Positions 11,636 through 24,207 of a stretch of DNA of 64,000 bases are shown here, piece by piece. The DNA comes from Strigamia acuminata. Taxonomy: Eukaryota. The DNA is taken from NCBI GenBank assembly GCA_949358305.1, contig OX442314.1, positions 31,000,001 through 31,064,000 of the forward strand. The letters run 5' to 3'. The translations under genes were made by a program, and so were the position numbers. Numbering within the stretch: the first letter of the stretch is position 1; each line of letters begins with the position of its first letter. The notes beneath the pieces are model-generated. The model saw nothing but the letters and a program-made list of their open reading frames with translations. It made no database searches and had not been told where the DNA came from.

Positions 11636-14524
11636 TTAATTAAAATGTGGTTGGTCGACTCTGTTTTGGAGTGTGAGTTTGACTGACGATGGTTGCAATA
11701 AACCCTGTCCGCCGGTAATGAACCGTAGTGGAAACTGAAATAATAATCCGAGTTTATGATATTTTAATGTGGGAAACTCGAATAATATTTCTTTGCAAAC
11801 CTGAGTTTCTGCACACGTTTGAAAGCGATAATTATACAACATGTGTGCCATGACGAGCTTAGCCTCCAATAAAGCAAATCTCATGGCAATGCAGTTTCTG
11901 GGCCCAGCTCCGAATGGGAGATATGTAAAGGGATTGCGATTTGCTTTGTTTTCTGGAGAAAACCTAGTTCAAACCAAAACAGAACAAGAAAACACGCATT
12001 ACAAAGACATATACTCACTTCTATCTTATGAAAATACCTTTCAGGATCAAATGTTTGCGGATTGGGATAAAATTCTGGATTGTGATGGATGGCGTAAATA
12101 GGAAAACCAATCAACACGTCTTTCTTGATTGTGATGCCATTCAAGTTGTATTCATCTTCCACACATTGTCGCTCAGTACTAAAATTCAAGATATATTGTG
12201 AGTGGCGGTAGGCGTTTGGACACCATTCATGATTAAGAACAACACAGAGAACACACAGTTTGGGATTATTATATCCGGTGTTGGCCGGTTGGTTACAATA
12301 TTTTACTACGTTTAGAATATTCAAATATCTATTACTGAACAGCTGGAGGATATTTTCTCAACGTTTCTGACATAACCATGTCCAAAAATTGCATTGACGA
12401 CACAACATCATATGTAAGTTTCCCCTGTAAAAATGCACACACTTACAAGTGTGAGTTAGCCATACACGCAGAAAACCTTTGCTTTATTCAGACATTACTT
12501 TGCAATCTGCCATTACATCATCAACTTCTTTGATTAGTTTTTCTTGAATGTCTTGGTTTGAGGCAAGTTCATAGGCAAGAAAAGAGAGTGTGTTTGCTGT
12601 TGTTTCATGCCCAGCTAGTATAAATAGCACTGCTTGGGCTATTATAATCTGTCTTGTTAGTGCTGAAATGTTGAAAAAAAAGTTGTTATGATGGAAAGAA
12701 AATGTCAGTTAAAAATGATTACTTTTTTTAGTCCCTGTTTCTGTTTGTTGGTTATCGTTTTCTTCAGTTATGTTGGTTTCATCACTTGGTACTTCGGCTT
12801 CTAGCATGATTTGCAGAAAATCCCTTCTTGTGAACTAGTTAAAATTATATAACAATAAATATTTCTGAAAATTTAATAGTGAATTTATTTTACGTCTTTA
12901 TTTTTCAGTCTCATGTCAATTGCCTGACCCGCAATTTTTTCAAAGTATTTGAACGGACTCATTAGTATGTATTTTGGTAGGTACTGTATTATGAATGGGA
13001 ATAAGACTGAAATGTGTACACAAAACTTAGCAGTTATTATTAAGACAATATTGAAGATTTTAATTATACTTACACATAAAATACACGACTTTGACGTTTG
13101 TCCGAAACGCTTTTCGTGCTTGAGAAACAAATTCACTTTCTTGGTCTTTAATGCAGTCACTTTTCATTCCAAATGCACAACTTGCAATCACGTCCAGTGT
13201 CAATACAGTAAATTTTCTGCAAAAACATCACGAAATTTATTTTAGACTCTTGACAAATTTCGTATTTTATTATGAAACCTACTTAGTTAATTCTATTGGT
13301 TCCCCATCATCTGCTTTTTCTTTTAAAGACTTGACTGAATGTTCGATACATTCTTCTATGAGATGTACCATCTGCAATATACATTTAATATTGTTTACAT
13401 CCAGAACCACATAGATTATTATTAGTTATTAATATAGAAAAAAATTAATTTCTTTAATTTTAGCAGCAACAAATGTTATTAGAGAATCATCTGCACATTT
13501 TTTAGTTGAAGAACATCACCGTTACCTGCTTCAACTTCCCTGACGTATACGTAGGAGTAAGTGTATTTCGGACCATTTTCCATTTTTCGCCAGTCAGTCC
13601 TGTTAACATATTTGATATGATGTTGTTCTTATCCCTATTTGGGAAGTTTCTTCGGTTTTGAAAGGCGTTAAAATCTTTTACCAACACCTGCCTCATTAAG
13701 TCAGGTTCAGATAAGTACAGTATCGGTGCAGTTCCAACAAAACCTCTGAAAATAATCCATCATCTTAGTGAGAGTTAATGGACGCCATTATGTTTCAAAA
13801 ATACGTAAATTCTACACATAACTCACCCATGCACGTGTCCAAATTTCTTCATAGCATCCATCTCTTGGTCTTGAAAAGACTTAAATAAAATATCAAACAT
13901 TTTTACAATTTGGATAAGTTATGACCAAAGAATTGAGAGAAGTACGAGAAAAGCGTTGGCAGACATCGACAACGAGTGCTTTTCGAACTTACATGTATCC
14001 AAATTGGTTTGAGTGTTCCAATAATCAAACGCGGTTTCTCTCCAGCAACACCTTGTTTTTTCCAATAGTCGAAAGTCCTGGTTGAATATCTGAAACAATT
14101 TTCAGAGGTGAAGGAAGATGCACTTTCCTGCTACACAAGCAACTACGCTGCCGTCCCAGCAGGCTATCAACAAATGACGTCATTCTTTATCCTCTGACGC
14201 TTTTGTTTGTAGGGAAAAACAACGAGAATATACGTAAAATATGACTAGCCCTCTAATTGTTATCACTGAAGATAAGGCAACAACATTCGTGACTTCAAAT
14301 CCAAGGTCATCTTTAATGACACTATAATACTTCTTCTCCTGTTTACATTTTCACTTATTCAGCCTACTTACCCTACTTACAATAAATTGCACGTAATTAG
14401 ATTATGCAATCGCATTTTCCCTCAGAATGTGTCAAAATACTTACAAATACCAAGCTGACAGCAATCCAATGACAGCAAGCGGCCAGTATTGACACAAATT
14501 CAACATAAACATACACAGGTCCAT
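11636..14524 (-). CDS. Cytochrome P450, clan 3 (CYP3A-like), paralog A copy 1, ~13 exons
   Basis: Exon 1 [27 protein letters not shown], then [15 protein letters not shown]-helix AGHETTA, ExxR (SETLR), PERF split by an intron and heme motif [15 protein letters not shown] introns sit at positions resembling CYP3A genes. Confidence 0.9.
12197..12297. mobile_element. 101-bp solo-LTR-like insertion in a CYP A intron
   Basis: TG...CA ends and flanking ATAT direct repeat; absent from the equivalent intron of paralogs B and C. Confidence 0.65.
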
Positions 14525-15072
14525 TGTGGTTGGTAAATGAAATGGCCCAGTTTGATTTAACCGTGATGATCGGGCCAAGAGCGTTCTTCTGTGCGGTCGG
14601 AAACAACTGATTAGAAACCTCAGCGTGACCTCCTCACCAGTGTGGCATTTCCCAGAGCGGTTGCTCGCAAGGGGGTGTGGAAGTTGCGATGCAATGATTA
14701 AAAAACTTTTTATTACATTTGTATTTATATTTTTATATTTTATTATTAATTATCCCACATGAAATGTGTTTTTATTACTTTTCTGTTGGAAATAAATCTT
14801 CGACAGAATGAGTAGCAAAACTTTTTTGAAACTTTCTTGAAATTACATTTGTGCAAATATATTTGTGCACAGAGCAATTATTGCAGAATATATTTGTGGA
14901 TAGGTGATTTGTGCACGAACCTGCATGTTTTCCTGCGGAATTATTTTGGCGTGCAGAAATCGTGCACGATTTTACATTGGTTTTTATCTACATCAAAAGA
15001 AGACGAAAATGTAAAATAAGAATTGACATTTTGTGTCTTTTTTCGGCGTCTAAACAGTCCTGCACTTTCAGT

Positions 15073-16640
15073 TTAATGAAAATGTGGTTGGTCCACTCTG
15101 TTTTGAAGTGTGAGTTTGACCGACTCTGGTTGCAAAATAATTTGTCCAGCATGGAACCGTAATGGAAACTGAAATAAATCATGTTTATAATTCTTGAATG
15201 TGGAAAACTCGAACATTTCTTTGCCAACCTGAGTTTCTGCACACGTTTGAAAGCGATAATTATACAACAAGTGTGCAATGACAAGCTTAGCCTCCAATAA
15301 AGCAAATTTCATGGCAATGCAGTTTCTGGGCCCAGCTCCGAATGGGAGATACGTAAAGGGATGGCGATTTGCTTTGTTTTCGGGAGAAAACCTAGTTCAA
15401 ACAAAAATAGCACAAAAAAAACACGTATTACAAAGATATACTCACTTCTATCTCATGAATATACCTTTCAGGATCAAATGTTTCTGGATTGGGATAAAAT
15501 TCTGGATTGTGATGGATGGCGTAAATAGGCAAACCAATCAACACGCCTTTCTTGATCCTGATGCCATTCAAGTTGTATTCATCTTCCACACATACTCGAT
15601 CAGTTCTAAAATTAAAAATGTATTACAGACATTTTGTACTACTTTTAGATGATTCAAATATCTGTTACTGAATAGCTGGAGGGTATTTTCTCAACGTTTC
15701 TGACACTACCAAGTCCAAAAATTGCATCGACGACACAACTTCATATGTAAGTTTGCCCTACAAGTGTGAGTTAGTCACGCGTGCAGAAATTCTTTCCTTT
15801 AATCAGACATTACTTTGCAATCTGCCATTACATCATCAACTTCTTTGATTAGTTTTTCTTGAATGTCTTGGTTTGAGGCAAGCTCATAAGCAAGAAAAGA
15901 GAGTGTGGTTGCTGATGTTTCATGCCCAACTAGTATGAATAACACTGTTTGGGCTATTATAATATGTCTTGTTAGTGCTGAAATGTTAAAAAAGAAGTTG
16001 TTATCCTGGAAAGAAAATGTCAGTTAAAAATGATTACTTTTTTTAGTCCCTGTCTCTGTTTGTTGGTTATCGTTTTCTTCAGTTATGTTTGTTTCATCAC
16101 TTGGTACTTCGGCTTCTAGCATGATTTGCAGAAAATCCCTTCTTGTAAACTAGTTAAAATTATGTAATAATATATATTTCTGAAAATTTAATAATGAATT
16201 TATTTTACGTCTTTATTTTTTAGTCTCATGTCAATTGCTTGACCCGCAATTTTTTCAAAGTATTTGAACGGCCCCATTAGTAAGAATTCAGGTAAGAACT
16301 GTATTTGGAATGGGAATAAGACTGAAATGTGTAGACAAAACCTAGCAGTTATTAAATTAAGATAATATTGTAGATTTTAATTATACTCACACAGTAAGTA
16401 CATGGCTTTAGGATTTGCCTGAAAAGCTTTTCGTGCTTGAGAAACAAATTCGCTTTCTTGGTCGTTAATGCAGTCACTTTTCATTCCAAACGCACAACTT
16501 GCAATCACATTAAGTGTCAACACAGCAAATCTTCTGTAAAAATGTCACGAAATTTATTTTAGACTCTTGACAAATTTCGTCTTTTATTACGAAAAACCTA
16601 CTTAGTAAATTCTATTGGTTCCCCAGTATCTGCTTTCTCT
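15073..16640 (-). pseudogene. CYP3A-like paralog B copy 1, 5' half replaced at the LTR element
   Basis: The 3' exons match 29239-30806. The sequence breaks inside exon 5 exactly at the LTR start. Confidence 0.9.
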
Positions 16641-18169
16641 TGTGACGGTTACACTGTCATGCATTTTGCTAGTTAAGACGTTTATTTTACCCATAGATGG
16701 CGCTAGAACGATTTAGCGGAAATTTCGAAGTTTGATTTTTTTCAGTAATTAAAATATAAATTACTATTAATATTTTAGTCTGTCTCAAGTCTAAACAGTT
16801 GTTTAATATATTTTATGTTGTTTTAACTAGTTTACTACATAATTCTGTTGAATTATGTATAAATTTCACCCCTCGCCACCCACTGAAAGTTGGACTAATT
16901 CCGGATTACAGTCAAAAGACTTAATCCGAAATGTGTCCTGTGTATCCAGTTCCTGGAACGGACCTAGTAGAGGACTATGTCCTGGCTATCCGCTTCCTAG
17001 AGCCTAGGATTGGAAGGATTTAGGTGACCAGTGATCCCATTGGATCGATGATCAGCCTATTGTCCAGTACGAGTATATATTCCCGTGTAAACCGGATATA
17101 TCACTCGCTCTCTTGTTGGTGTTCTGTTCCTGACGCCACTTGAACTGGGTCTGGTGGACTTAGGGCCACTTGGGTGAATTTAGTTCATTTTGTTGTACTT
17201 AGGGACAATGGATAGCTGTAGCTATGGAAAGGTAACATTTATCAATTTAACATTTATTCTCAGAATTTCAGTACAGGCCGGATAAAGAAATACTTGATAT
17301 TTAGTGTAAGAATCTAGAGTGGGTCGAAGATCCACAGACACACTCCCGCCTCTTCATGCCAACATTCCGTTGTAGAAATAAGTGTAGAATCTAGAGTGGA
17401 ATATTGCAATTTCACAGACGCATTATTTGGGTAATCGACGTGGAGTAATTTCCCGGTTACTCTCCCGCCAGTCAGAACCGAGTGGAGTAATTTCCCGGCG
17501 ATGGCACAACCTTTCCTGCGAGAAACTGCTGATTCAATTCGCTGTTGGACGATGGAACATCTTAATTATTATTTTGATGTTGATTGCACTTGGGGCAAAA
17601 AATAGCTCGGCGCTATTTTAATTTATTCTTTATTTTTACAGTTATTTTATCCCGCTTCGTGAATATAATATCATGTGGAATTCTGTCGAATTTACATGAA
17701 TATTTATTCAATTTATTTCGTCATGTTTATGACCGCGCTTTGCAATTATTATCCATATAATAATTACAAGTGTGACGACTGCAGAAAAGTCAACCGCACC
17801 TCTCGGATATAACCCACCCAAGCCTAACCATTACACACCTTTTTAGATCCAAACCAGAACCAGTTAGATGTCGAAACCATTCGAGTCCATATTCAGACGA
17901 CATCTTTTACGTCCCGACAATAAGACCGATACACATTCTTGTTGTCTGACTGAAAACCGCAAGTGATATTATTATAGGGCTTTTGCCGACCGATTGTATA
18001 GTTTAACTTGCAGAATTTCGACCATTTGTCGGTCTAGTATTTATATAAATTCAAACCGGAATAAATTGTCATATGATTTGAGAAATCACAAGCCTCCGTA
18101 TTTTACACTTTCACACAAGTTCTCGCTCTAATTTTCTAGCAATTGTATCTCGCAAAGTCAATCGTCACA
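16641..18169 (+). repeat. 5' LTR (1529 bp)
   Basis: Direct repeat of 21699-23242 with visible substitutions and indels. Confidence 0.92.
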
Positions 18170-18171
18170 CG

Positions 18172-18189
18172 TGGAGGTTCCACCGAGAT
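18172..18189 (+). promoter_or_regulatory. Primer-binding site complementary to tRNA-Gln 3' end
   Basis: TGGAGGTTCCACCGAGAT is the reverse complement of ATCTCGGTGGAACCT-CCA, the 3' end of metazoan tRNA-Gln as I recall it. It starts 2 nt after the LTR. Confidence 0.85.
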
Positions 18190-19257
18190 AGGTTGCATTA
18201 TTAAAGTGAACTCTGTGATCAAAGTGTAAAATTTGAAAAAATGAATTTTTGATTATTTTACGTAGATATTATAATTAGAAAATTTCCGATTTTCTCTTGG
18301 TAAAAATACTGTGTGTTATTTATTCATTTCCAAAAATCCAAGTTATCTTTTGGAAATGACTAAGTTTAAATTTTTCGATTATTTTGATAACGCATTATAA
18401 TCTAAAGATTTCGAATTTTCCAAGGAAATAATCTATTTTGACCGTCTTAAGTTTTCAAAAATATTCTTGGCATATTTTGAAAGTCTCGAAGCCATGAATT
18501 GTGATCAAAAGATGGATTAACAATTTTGTTGGCTAAAAGACCAAAATTAATAAAATATTTATTTTATTGTTCGGTTAGAATTTGACTATTTTGATAAATT
18601 CATCATAATTAGAAAATTCCGAGTTTTTTAATAAAATCTACTTTTGTTTTGATCAAGTTCTCTGAAAATACATTGTTATATTTTGGAAATCTCAAAGTTA
18701 GGAATTTTAATCAAAAAATTTGATTAATAATTCTGTGGCTAAAAACTGAAAATAATAAAATACTTATTTTATTTTATTTAAGTTTGGTTAAAACTTGGCC
18801 AGTTATTCTACTGTTCTGTTAAAAGTTACGGATTTTAATCTTAATCCGTGACAAGTTAAGGAATGTGACAACGAGAACCAATCACAACGCAGTTTTGAAC
18901 ATGCCACCCAGATTATGGATTACTGAGAATTCTGGATTAAATTCGTCAGAAATATCTCAGTACCACCAATCAATGCAGACTTTCTTAACAATAGAAAATA
19001 CCGGAAACCAGTTGGACAAAGAAATCTTTTGCCACACTTGCTTTCTATCAGCGTGACCGTTCAGTTGTGCCTTGTGGTCAGTGCCTTCCTGGACCATTCT
19101 TGACCGAAGACAAGACAGTTTTGACCGTAGCCACTTCAGTTTAGCAGCCAAGGTTGTATAATTTCATTTTCCTTTTTAGTTTAAAAATTAAGCGTGTTTT
19201 ATTTGACGCTAGTATTTGTTTAAATTTAATTTTTTTGTGTATTTCTCGTCGAGTATT

Positions 19258-21192
19258 ATGGCCCGTAGACCTGTAAGAGCACGTGGAGCACGTGGAGGTC
19301 GTGGAGCACGTAGACGTGGTAATATGCGTGAATCACCACGGGAAATTGTGGAGTCTGATCCAGAAAGTCAGGGGGACGAAATTGCGCCTAGAAACAATCC
19401 CAACCCTAATAGTTCTCGGACAGAACCACTTCCAGTCTCGCAAGATTTAGAAATTTACTGCCGTCATTTCCAATTGGAAGTGACGCAATTTTCAACTCTA
19501 TACGAAGCGCAACAATACACGGCGAATAATTGTCACGGAAGAATTCGTGCAATATCTCCCGATGTAGTTGTATCAAACGAGCAGAATATTTCGATAGATT
19601 TAACCGGTGCTCGTACACCAGCCGCTTACCGCTATCAGCAGTTGCCTGGATGGCGTATGAGTGTTGCACGCGAGGCAAATGAACAACCAAATCATGCGAT
19701 TTCTGTTCAACCCGCGATTCAATTACCTGCTGCTTCTTGGAGAGCAAATTTGACGGACAGAGTGGAAAATCTTGGACACGAAGATTCTTCTGTTCCAATT
19801 TCTCATAATTTACCTAGTGTGACGGTCGGAAATAATAATTTACCCGCTCACACTGGAAATTTGAATGAGTCATTTCGAGTTCCACAGCCTCTCCCACGAA
19901 GGGAAAACCTGACTAATGTTCCAATCCAGCCAAGGGGGAGAAATGAACTTTCACAAAATTTTCAATCTCGCTCCCAATCCGATGGAGACTTTAGAAATTC
20001 TAGGAATTCCTATCAGGCTCCAACAGGACATGCTCTGCCGGGAAACCGACAATTTCCCCGAGCACCTGGTGATCCCCGAGATTCAGACCCGAATTCGAGC
20101 AGTGACGACTCTCAAGCTGGTGGAGGGGGAAATTATCATAATAATAATTTCCACCAACGGAACCATTCCCGTTCTCCTCCGCCAAATGGACGACAGAATT
20201 TTAATAGACCAAATTCTTCATCTAGGGCTCAAGGAGATCGTTCCACGCCAAATTCGAATTTGACATCTAATTTGTCAAATGAAGATTTAAGACAAATAAT
20301 TCAAGGCTTAGCTAGCCAAAGTCGAGACTCTAATTTAAACCAAAAATTCGGGAAAGGAATAGAGATTCCTATTTTCGATGGAAAACAATCCGAAGTTACT
20401 CGCTTTTTAGACATTGTAAAAGCTGTAGCTTCAGGGAAGGGCATTCCACTAGACGAAATGGTACACCAAGCTGTACCAGGTCGCCTATTAGGACATGCAC
20501 AACGATGGTTTCATCAACAACGCCACACATTTATTAATTGGCGAGTGTTTGAAGCCCAATTTCTTGAACGTTTCGATTTAGTGCCTCTTACAAGATCTAG
20601 ACGTTTAACCAATGTAAAACAACGAGCAGACGAGTCGCTGTATTGTTTCCTCTTGCGATTCACCCAAGAACAAGGTGAAATACCACGTGGGGACAGGGCA
20701 GGACTCGAAAGCCTTTTCAATAACTTGACACAAGAAAGTTTCTCGTTATTGATGGCACAAGGACTATATGGTGACTACACAGTCGATGATATTTTGCAAT
20801 ATGTCGGCTTGAATCGCTGTATGTTCGAGAATTCAGCACAACTAGCAGCAGACCTCGAGTATGATAATCAAGAAGATAATCCTGCTCCAAAAGCCAACGA
20901 AAAATCTAAGATTTTTCCATCACTTCGCTTAACTCGAACCGAAGATGAGGTTAAAGAAGAAAATGAGTCAGAAAATGACGAATCAACTAATGACAATAGG
21001 TTTGATCGATCATTTAAGACACAGTACGAAAATACGACAGGGAAATGCTTTTATTGTCACAAGCCCGGACATTTCAAAAAAGAATGTCCAGCTCTGGCTA
21101 AAAAATTAGCCAGGAAAGCAGATTCAGCAAATCCAAATAAAAGATTTAACCAATCTGCCCTTAGCTCAGACTCTAATAAGAGACCTAAATAA
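19258..21192 (+). CDS. Gag-like protein (644 aa): basic Arg/Gly N-terminus, long disordered region, retrotransposon capsid-like domain, CCHC zinc knuckle
   Basis: IPIFDG..RLLGHAQRWF..WRVFEAQFLERF..KQRADESL motifs and CFYCHKPGHFKKEC. Confidence 0.88.
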   Translation: MARRPVRARGARGGRGARRRGNMRESPREIVESDPESQGDEIAPRNNPNPNSSRTEPLPVSQDLEIYCRHFQLEVTQFSTLYEAQQYTANNCHGRIRAISPDVVVSNEQNISIDLTGARTPAAYRYQQLPGWRMSVAREANEQPNHAISVQPAIQLPAASWRANLTDRVENLGHEDSSVPISHNLPSVTVGNNNLPAHTGNLNESFRVPQPLPRRENLTNVPIQPRGRNELSQNFQSRSQSDGDFRNSRNSYQAPTGHALPGNRQFPRAPGDPRDSDPNSSSDDSQAGGGGNYHNNNFHQRNHSRSPPPNGRQNFNRPNSSSRAQGDRSTPNSNLTSNLSNEDLRQIIQGLASQSRDSNLNQKFGKGIEIPIFDGKQSEVTRFLDIVKAVASGKGIPLDEMVHQAVPGRLLGHAQRWFHQQRHTFINWRVFEAQFLERFDLVPLTRSRRLTNVKQRADESLYCFLLRFTQEQGEIPRGDRAGLESLFNNLTQESFSLLMAQGLYGDYTVDDILQYVGLNRCMFENSAQLAADLEYDNQEDNPAPKANEKSKIFPSLRLTRTEDEVKEENESENDESTNDNRFDRSFKTQYENTTGKCFYCHKPGHFKKECPALAKKLARKADSANPNKRFNQSALSSDSNKRPK

Positions 21193-21698
21193 AATAGGGT
21201 TAGATGGATTTATGTAGATATATACGAAAATTTTAACATGTGTTAATTCTTTTGAATTATCTGTGCGAGTTGTTCCTTATTGGAATTTATGTATTCTTAA
21301 TTATGGAACTCTTTTAACTCGTAACAGGTTTATTTGCGTGAATTACATTTTAAGAAGAAATTGTCATTTCATAGGTAAAATAATTTGTCAAACTTTATTA
21401 ATCATTTATGATACAAATTTTGATGTTATTTAAGTTTATCTTCTTCTCTGGTATAGATATAAGTCCATTCTATAAAAGAGATTAGGATTTGAGTTTTATT
21501 TTATTGAAATTGTTTTCTAATAAATAATTCTGAAACATTTTTTGATTAAAGTTGAGATTTATTTTAAGTATAAATAAGTTTTACTTACCTAGGATTGAAG
21601 CTAGATGTTCCTGATGCCAGTGTAACCTTAAAATCTTGTAAAGATGTATGTTAAATAGTATGCAAATACTTCATATTAGCATATATTTAAGGGGGACT

Positions 21699-23242
21699 TG
21701 TGACGGTTACACTGTCGTGTATTTTGCTAGTTTAGAACGATTATTCTGTCAATAGATGGCACTGATACGTTTTAGCGGTAATTTCGAAGTTCGGTTATTT
21801 TCAGTAATTAAAATATAAATTACTATTTATATTTTAGTCTGTTTCAAGTCTAAACAGTTATTTAATATATTTTATGTTGTTTTGACTAGTTTACTACATA
21901 ATTCTATTGAATTATGTATAAACTTGACATCTTATATTCACCCCTCGCCACCCACTGGAAGTTGGACTAATTCCGGATTACAGTCAAAAGACTTAATCCG
22001 AAATGTGTCCTGTGTATCCAGTTCCTGGAACGGACCTAGTAGAGGACTATGTCCTGGCTATCCACTTCCTAGAGTCTAGGATTGGAAGGATTTAGCTGAC
22101 CAGTGATCCCATTGGATCGATAATCAGCCTATTGTCCAGTACGAGTATATATTCCCGTGTAAACCGGATATATCGCTTGCTCTCTTGTTGGTGTTCTGTT
22201 CCTGACGCCACTTGAACCGGGTCTGGTGGACTTAGGGCCACTTGGGTGAATTTAGTTCACTTTGTTGCACTTAGGGGCAATGGATAGCTGTAGCTATGGA
22301 AAGTAACATTTATCAATTTAACATTCATTCCTCATAATTTCAGTACAGGCCGGATAAGAAATACTTGATATTTAGTGTAAGAATCTAGAGTGGGTCGAAG
22401 ATCCACAGACACACTCCCGCCTCTTCATGCCAACATTCCGTTGTAGAAATAACTGTAGAATCTAGAGTGGAATATTACAATTTCACAGACACATTATTTA
22501 GGTAATCGACGTGGAGTAATTTCCCGGTTATTCTCCCGCCCGCCAGAACCGAGCGGAGTAATTTCCCGGTAAATGGATAACCCTTCCTACGAGAGACTTC
22601 TGATTCAATTCGTTGTTGGTTTTGACGGAACATTTAAAAAGGCTTAAATGTTGATTGCACTCGGGGCAACAAATAGCTCGGCGCTATTTTAATTTATTCT
22701 TTATTTTTTCCAGTTATTTTATCCCGCTTCGTGAATATAATATCATGTGGAATTCTGTCGAATTTACATGAATATTTATTCAATTTATTTCGTCATGTTG
22801 ATGACCGCGCTTTGCAATTATTATCCATATAATAATTACAAGTGTGACGACTGCAGAAAAGTCAACCGCACCTCTCGGATATAACCCACCCAAGCCTAAC
22901 CATTACACACCTTTTTTAGATCCAAACCAGAACCAGTTAGATGTCGAGACCATTCGAATCCATACTAAGACGACATCTTTTACGTCCCGACAATAAGACC
23001 GTTACATATTCTTAATTGTTCGACTGAAAACCGCAAGTGATATTATTATAGGGCTTTGCCGACCGATTGTATAGTTTAACTTGCAGAATTTCGACCATTT
23101 GTCGGTCTAGTATTTATATAAGTTCGAACCGGAATAAATTGTCATATGATTTGAGAAATCACAAGCCTCCGTATTTTACACTTTCACACAAGTTCTCGCT
23201 TTAATTCTCTAGCAATTATATCTCGTAAAGTCAATCGTCACA
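21699..23242 (+). repeat. 3' LTR (1544 bp)
   Basis: Direct repeat of 16641-18169, preceded by the polypurine tract. Confidence 0.92.
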
Positions 23243-23488
23243 ATTGTATCAACCAAATTTCACTTTTCATTTTTCATTTTTCCCTTTTTTTCATTTCTAA
23301 TTTCTCATTTTTAACTTCTAACTTTTATTAGTTCTACCAAACGAATACGGCGTCACCCAGCGCAAAGTAGCTTTGCTTCCAGGCACCAAAAACATTATTA
23401 AAGACGATTTTAGACTCTTGACAAATTTATCCTCTTTTATTATGAAACCTACTTACGTTAGTTAATTCTGCTTTCTCTTTTAAATATA

Positions 23489-24176
23489 ATGGCGCAAAAG
23501 AAAGCGGTTAGACCGACGATCAACGGCGTCAAGACGACTAAAAAGACTGTCGATGTGGATAATGTCAAAAACGAGGCTTCGACGACGACCGAGACGAACG
23601 ATTTTCCACAAAACGACTCGATAAACGCCAATAAAACGAAGCAAATCGTCACGAACGAACCCGAAACGATAACTGCTCAAGCCAACAACATCTTTTGAGC
23701 TGAAGAAAGTGACGACACAAATCAAGACAACTCTTCGTCCGAAACTCAGTTTAAAACCGCACGAATTACGCAACGAAACGATCGGAAACGACGTCACATC
23801 TCAGTCCCGTCTTCGAACAATAAGCAGCGAGACACCCAGATCAACATCGCCCAACAAATCCACTCACAACACGGACGAAAATGCCCCATTGAGTCGCCCA
23901 TTGGTCTACGTGTCCTCGACATCTTTCCGACACAATCGCACGACTTCAAAATCAAACGAAACGACACCAGACATGGCAAACACCAACACCAAACCCCCAC
24001 GCACCAAACCCACTCTATTCCCATCCTCCAGAACCAGAATTGACATCACAACCAAACCACTAACAACCAGACATCGTTCAACTAACATTGCAACACAAAC
24101 AACAAAACATCGTTCAACTGACATCACTACAAAACCACTAACGACCAGACATCGTTCAACCACAAAAGGGACGACG

Positions 24177-24207
<31 letters not shown>

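Larger units (their letters stand above)
1..11800. repeat. Direct tandem repeat, ~4.65-4.7-kb unit, at least 2.5 copies (extends left of window)
   Basis: Offsets are 4692 bp (copy 1 to 2) and 4641 bp (copy 2 to 3). The difference is explained by minisatellite length (37 bp) and a 14-bp deletion near 8760. Confidence 0.95.
16641..23242 (+). mobile_element. Non-autonomous gag-only LTR retrotransposon (Ty3/Gypsy-like), probably a recombinant of two insertions
   Basis: LTRs at 16641-18169 and 21699-23242 with TGTGACG...CGTCACA termini. PBS at 18172 and purine tract AAGGGGGA before the 3' LTR. Single gag ORF, no pol and no TSD. Confidence 0.92.

Noticed and set aside
18172..18189. tRNA gene
   Set aside because: Only an 18-nt complement of a tRNA 3' end including CCA, i.e. 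a primer-binding site.
16636..23247. Target-site duplication for the gag-only element
   Set aside because: Flanks TCTCT and ATTGT do not match; each corresponds to a different empty site.
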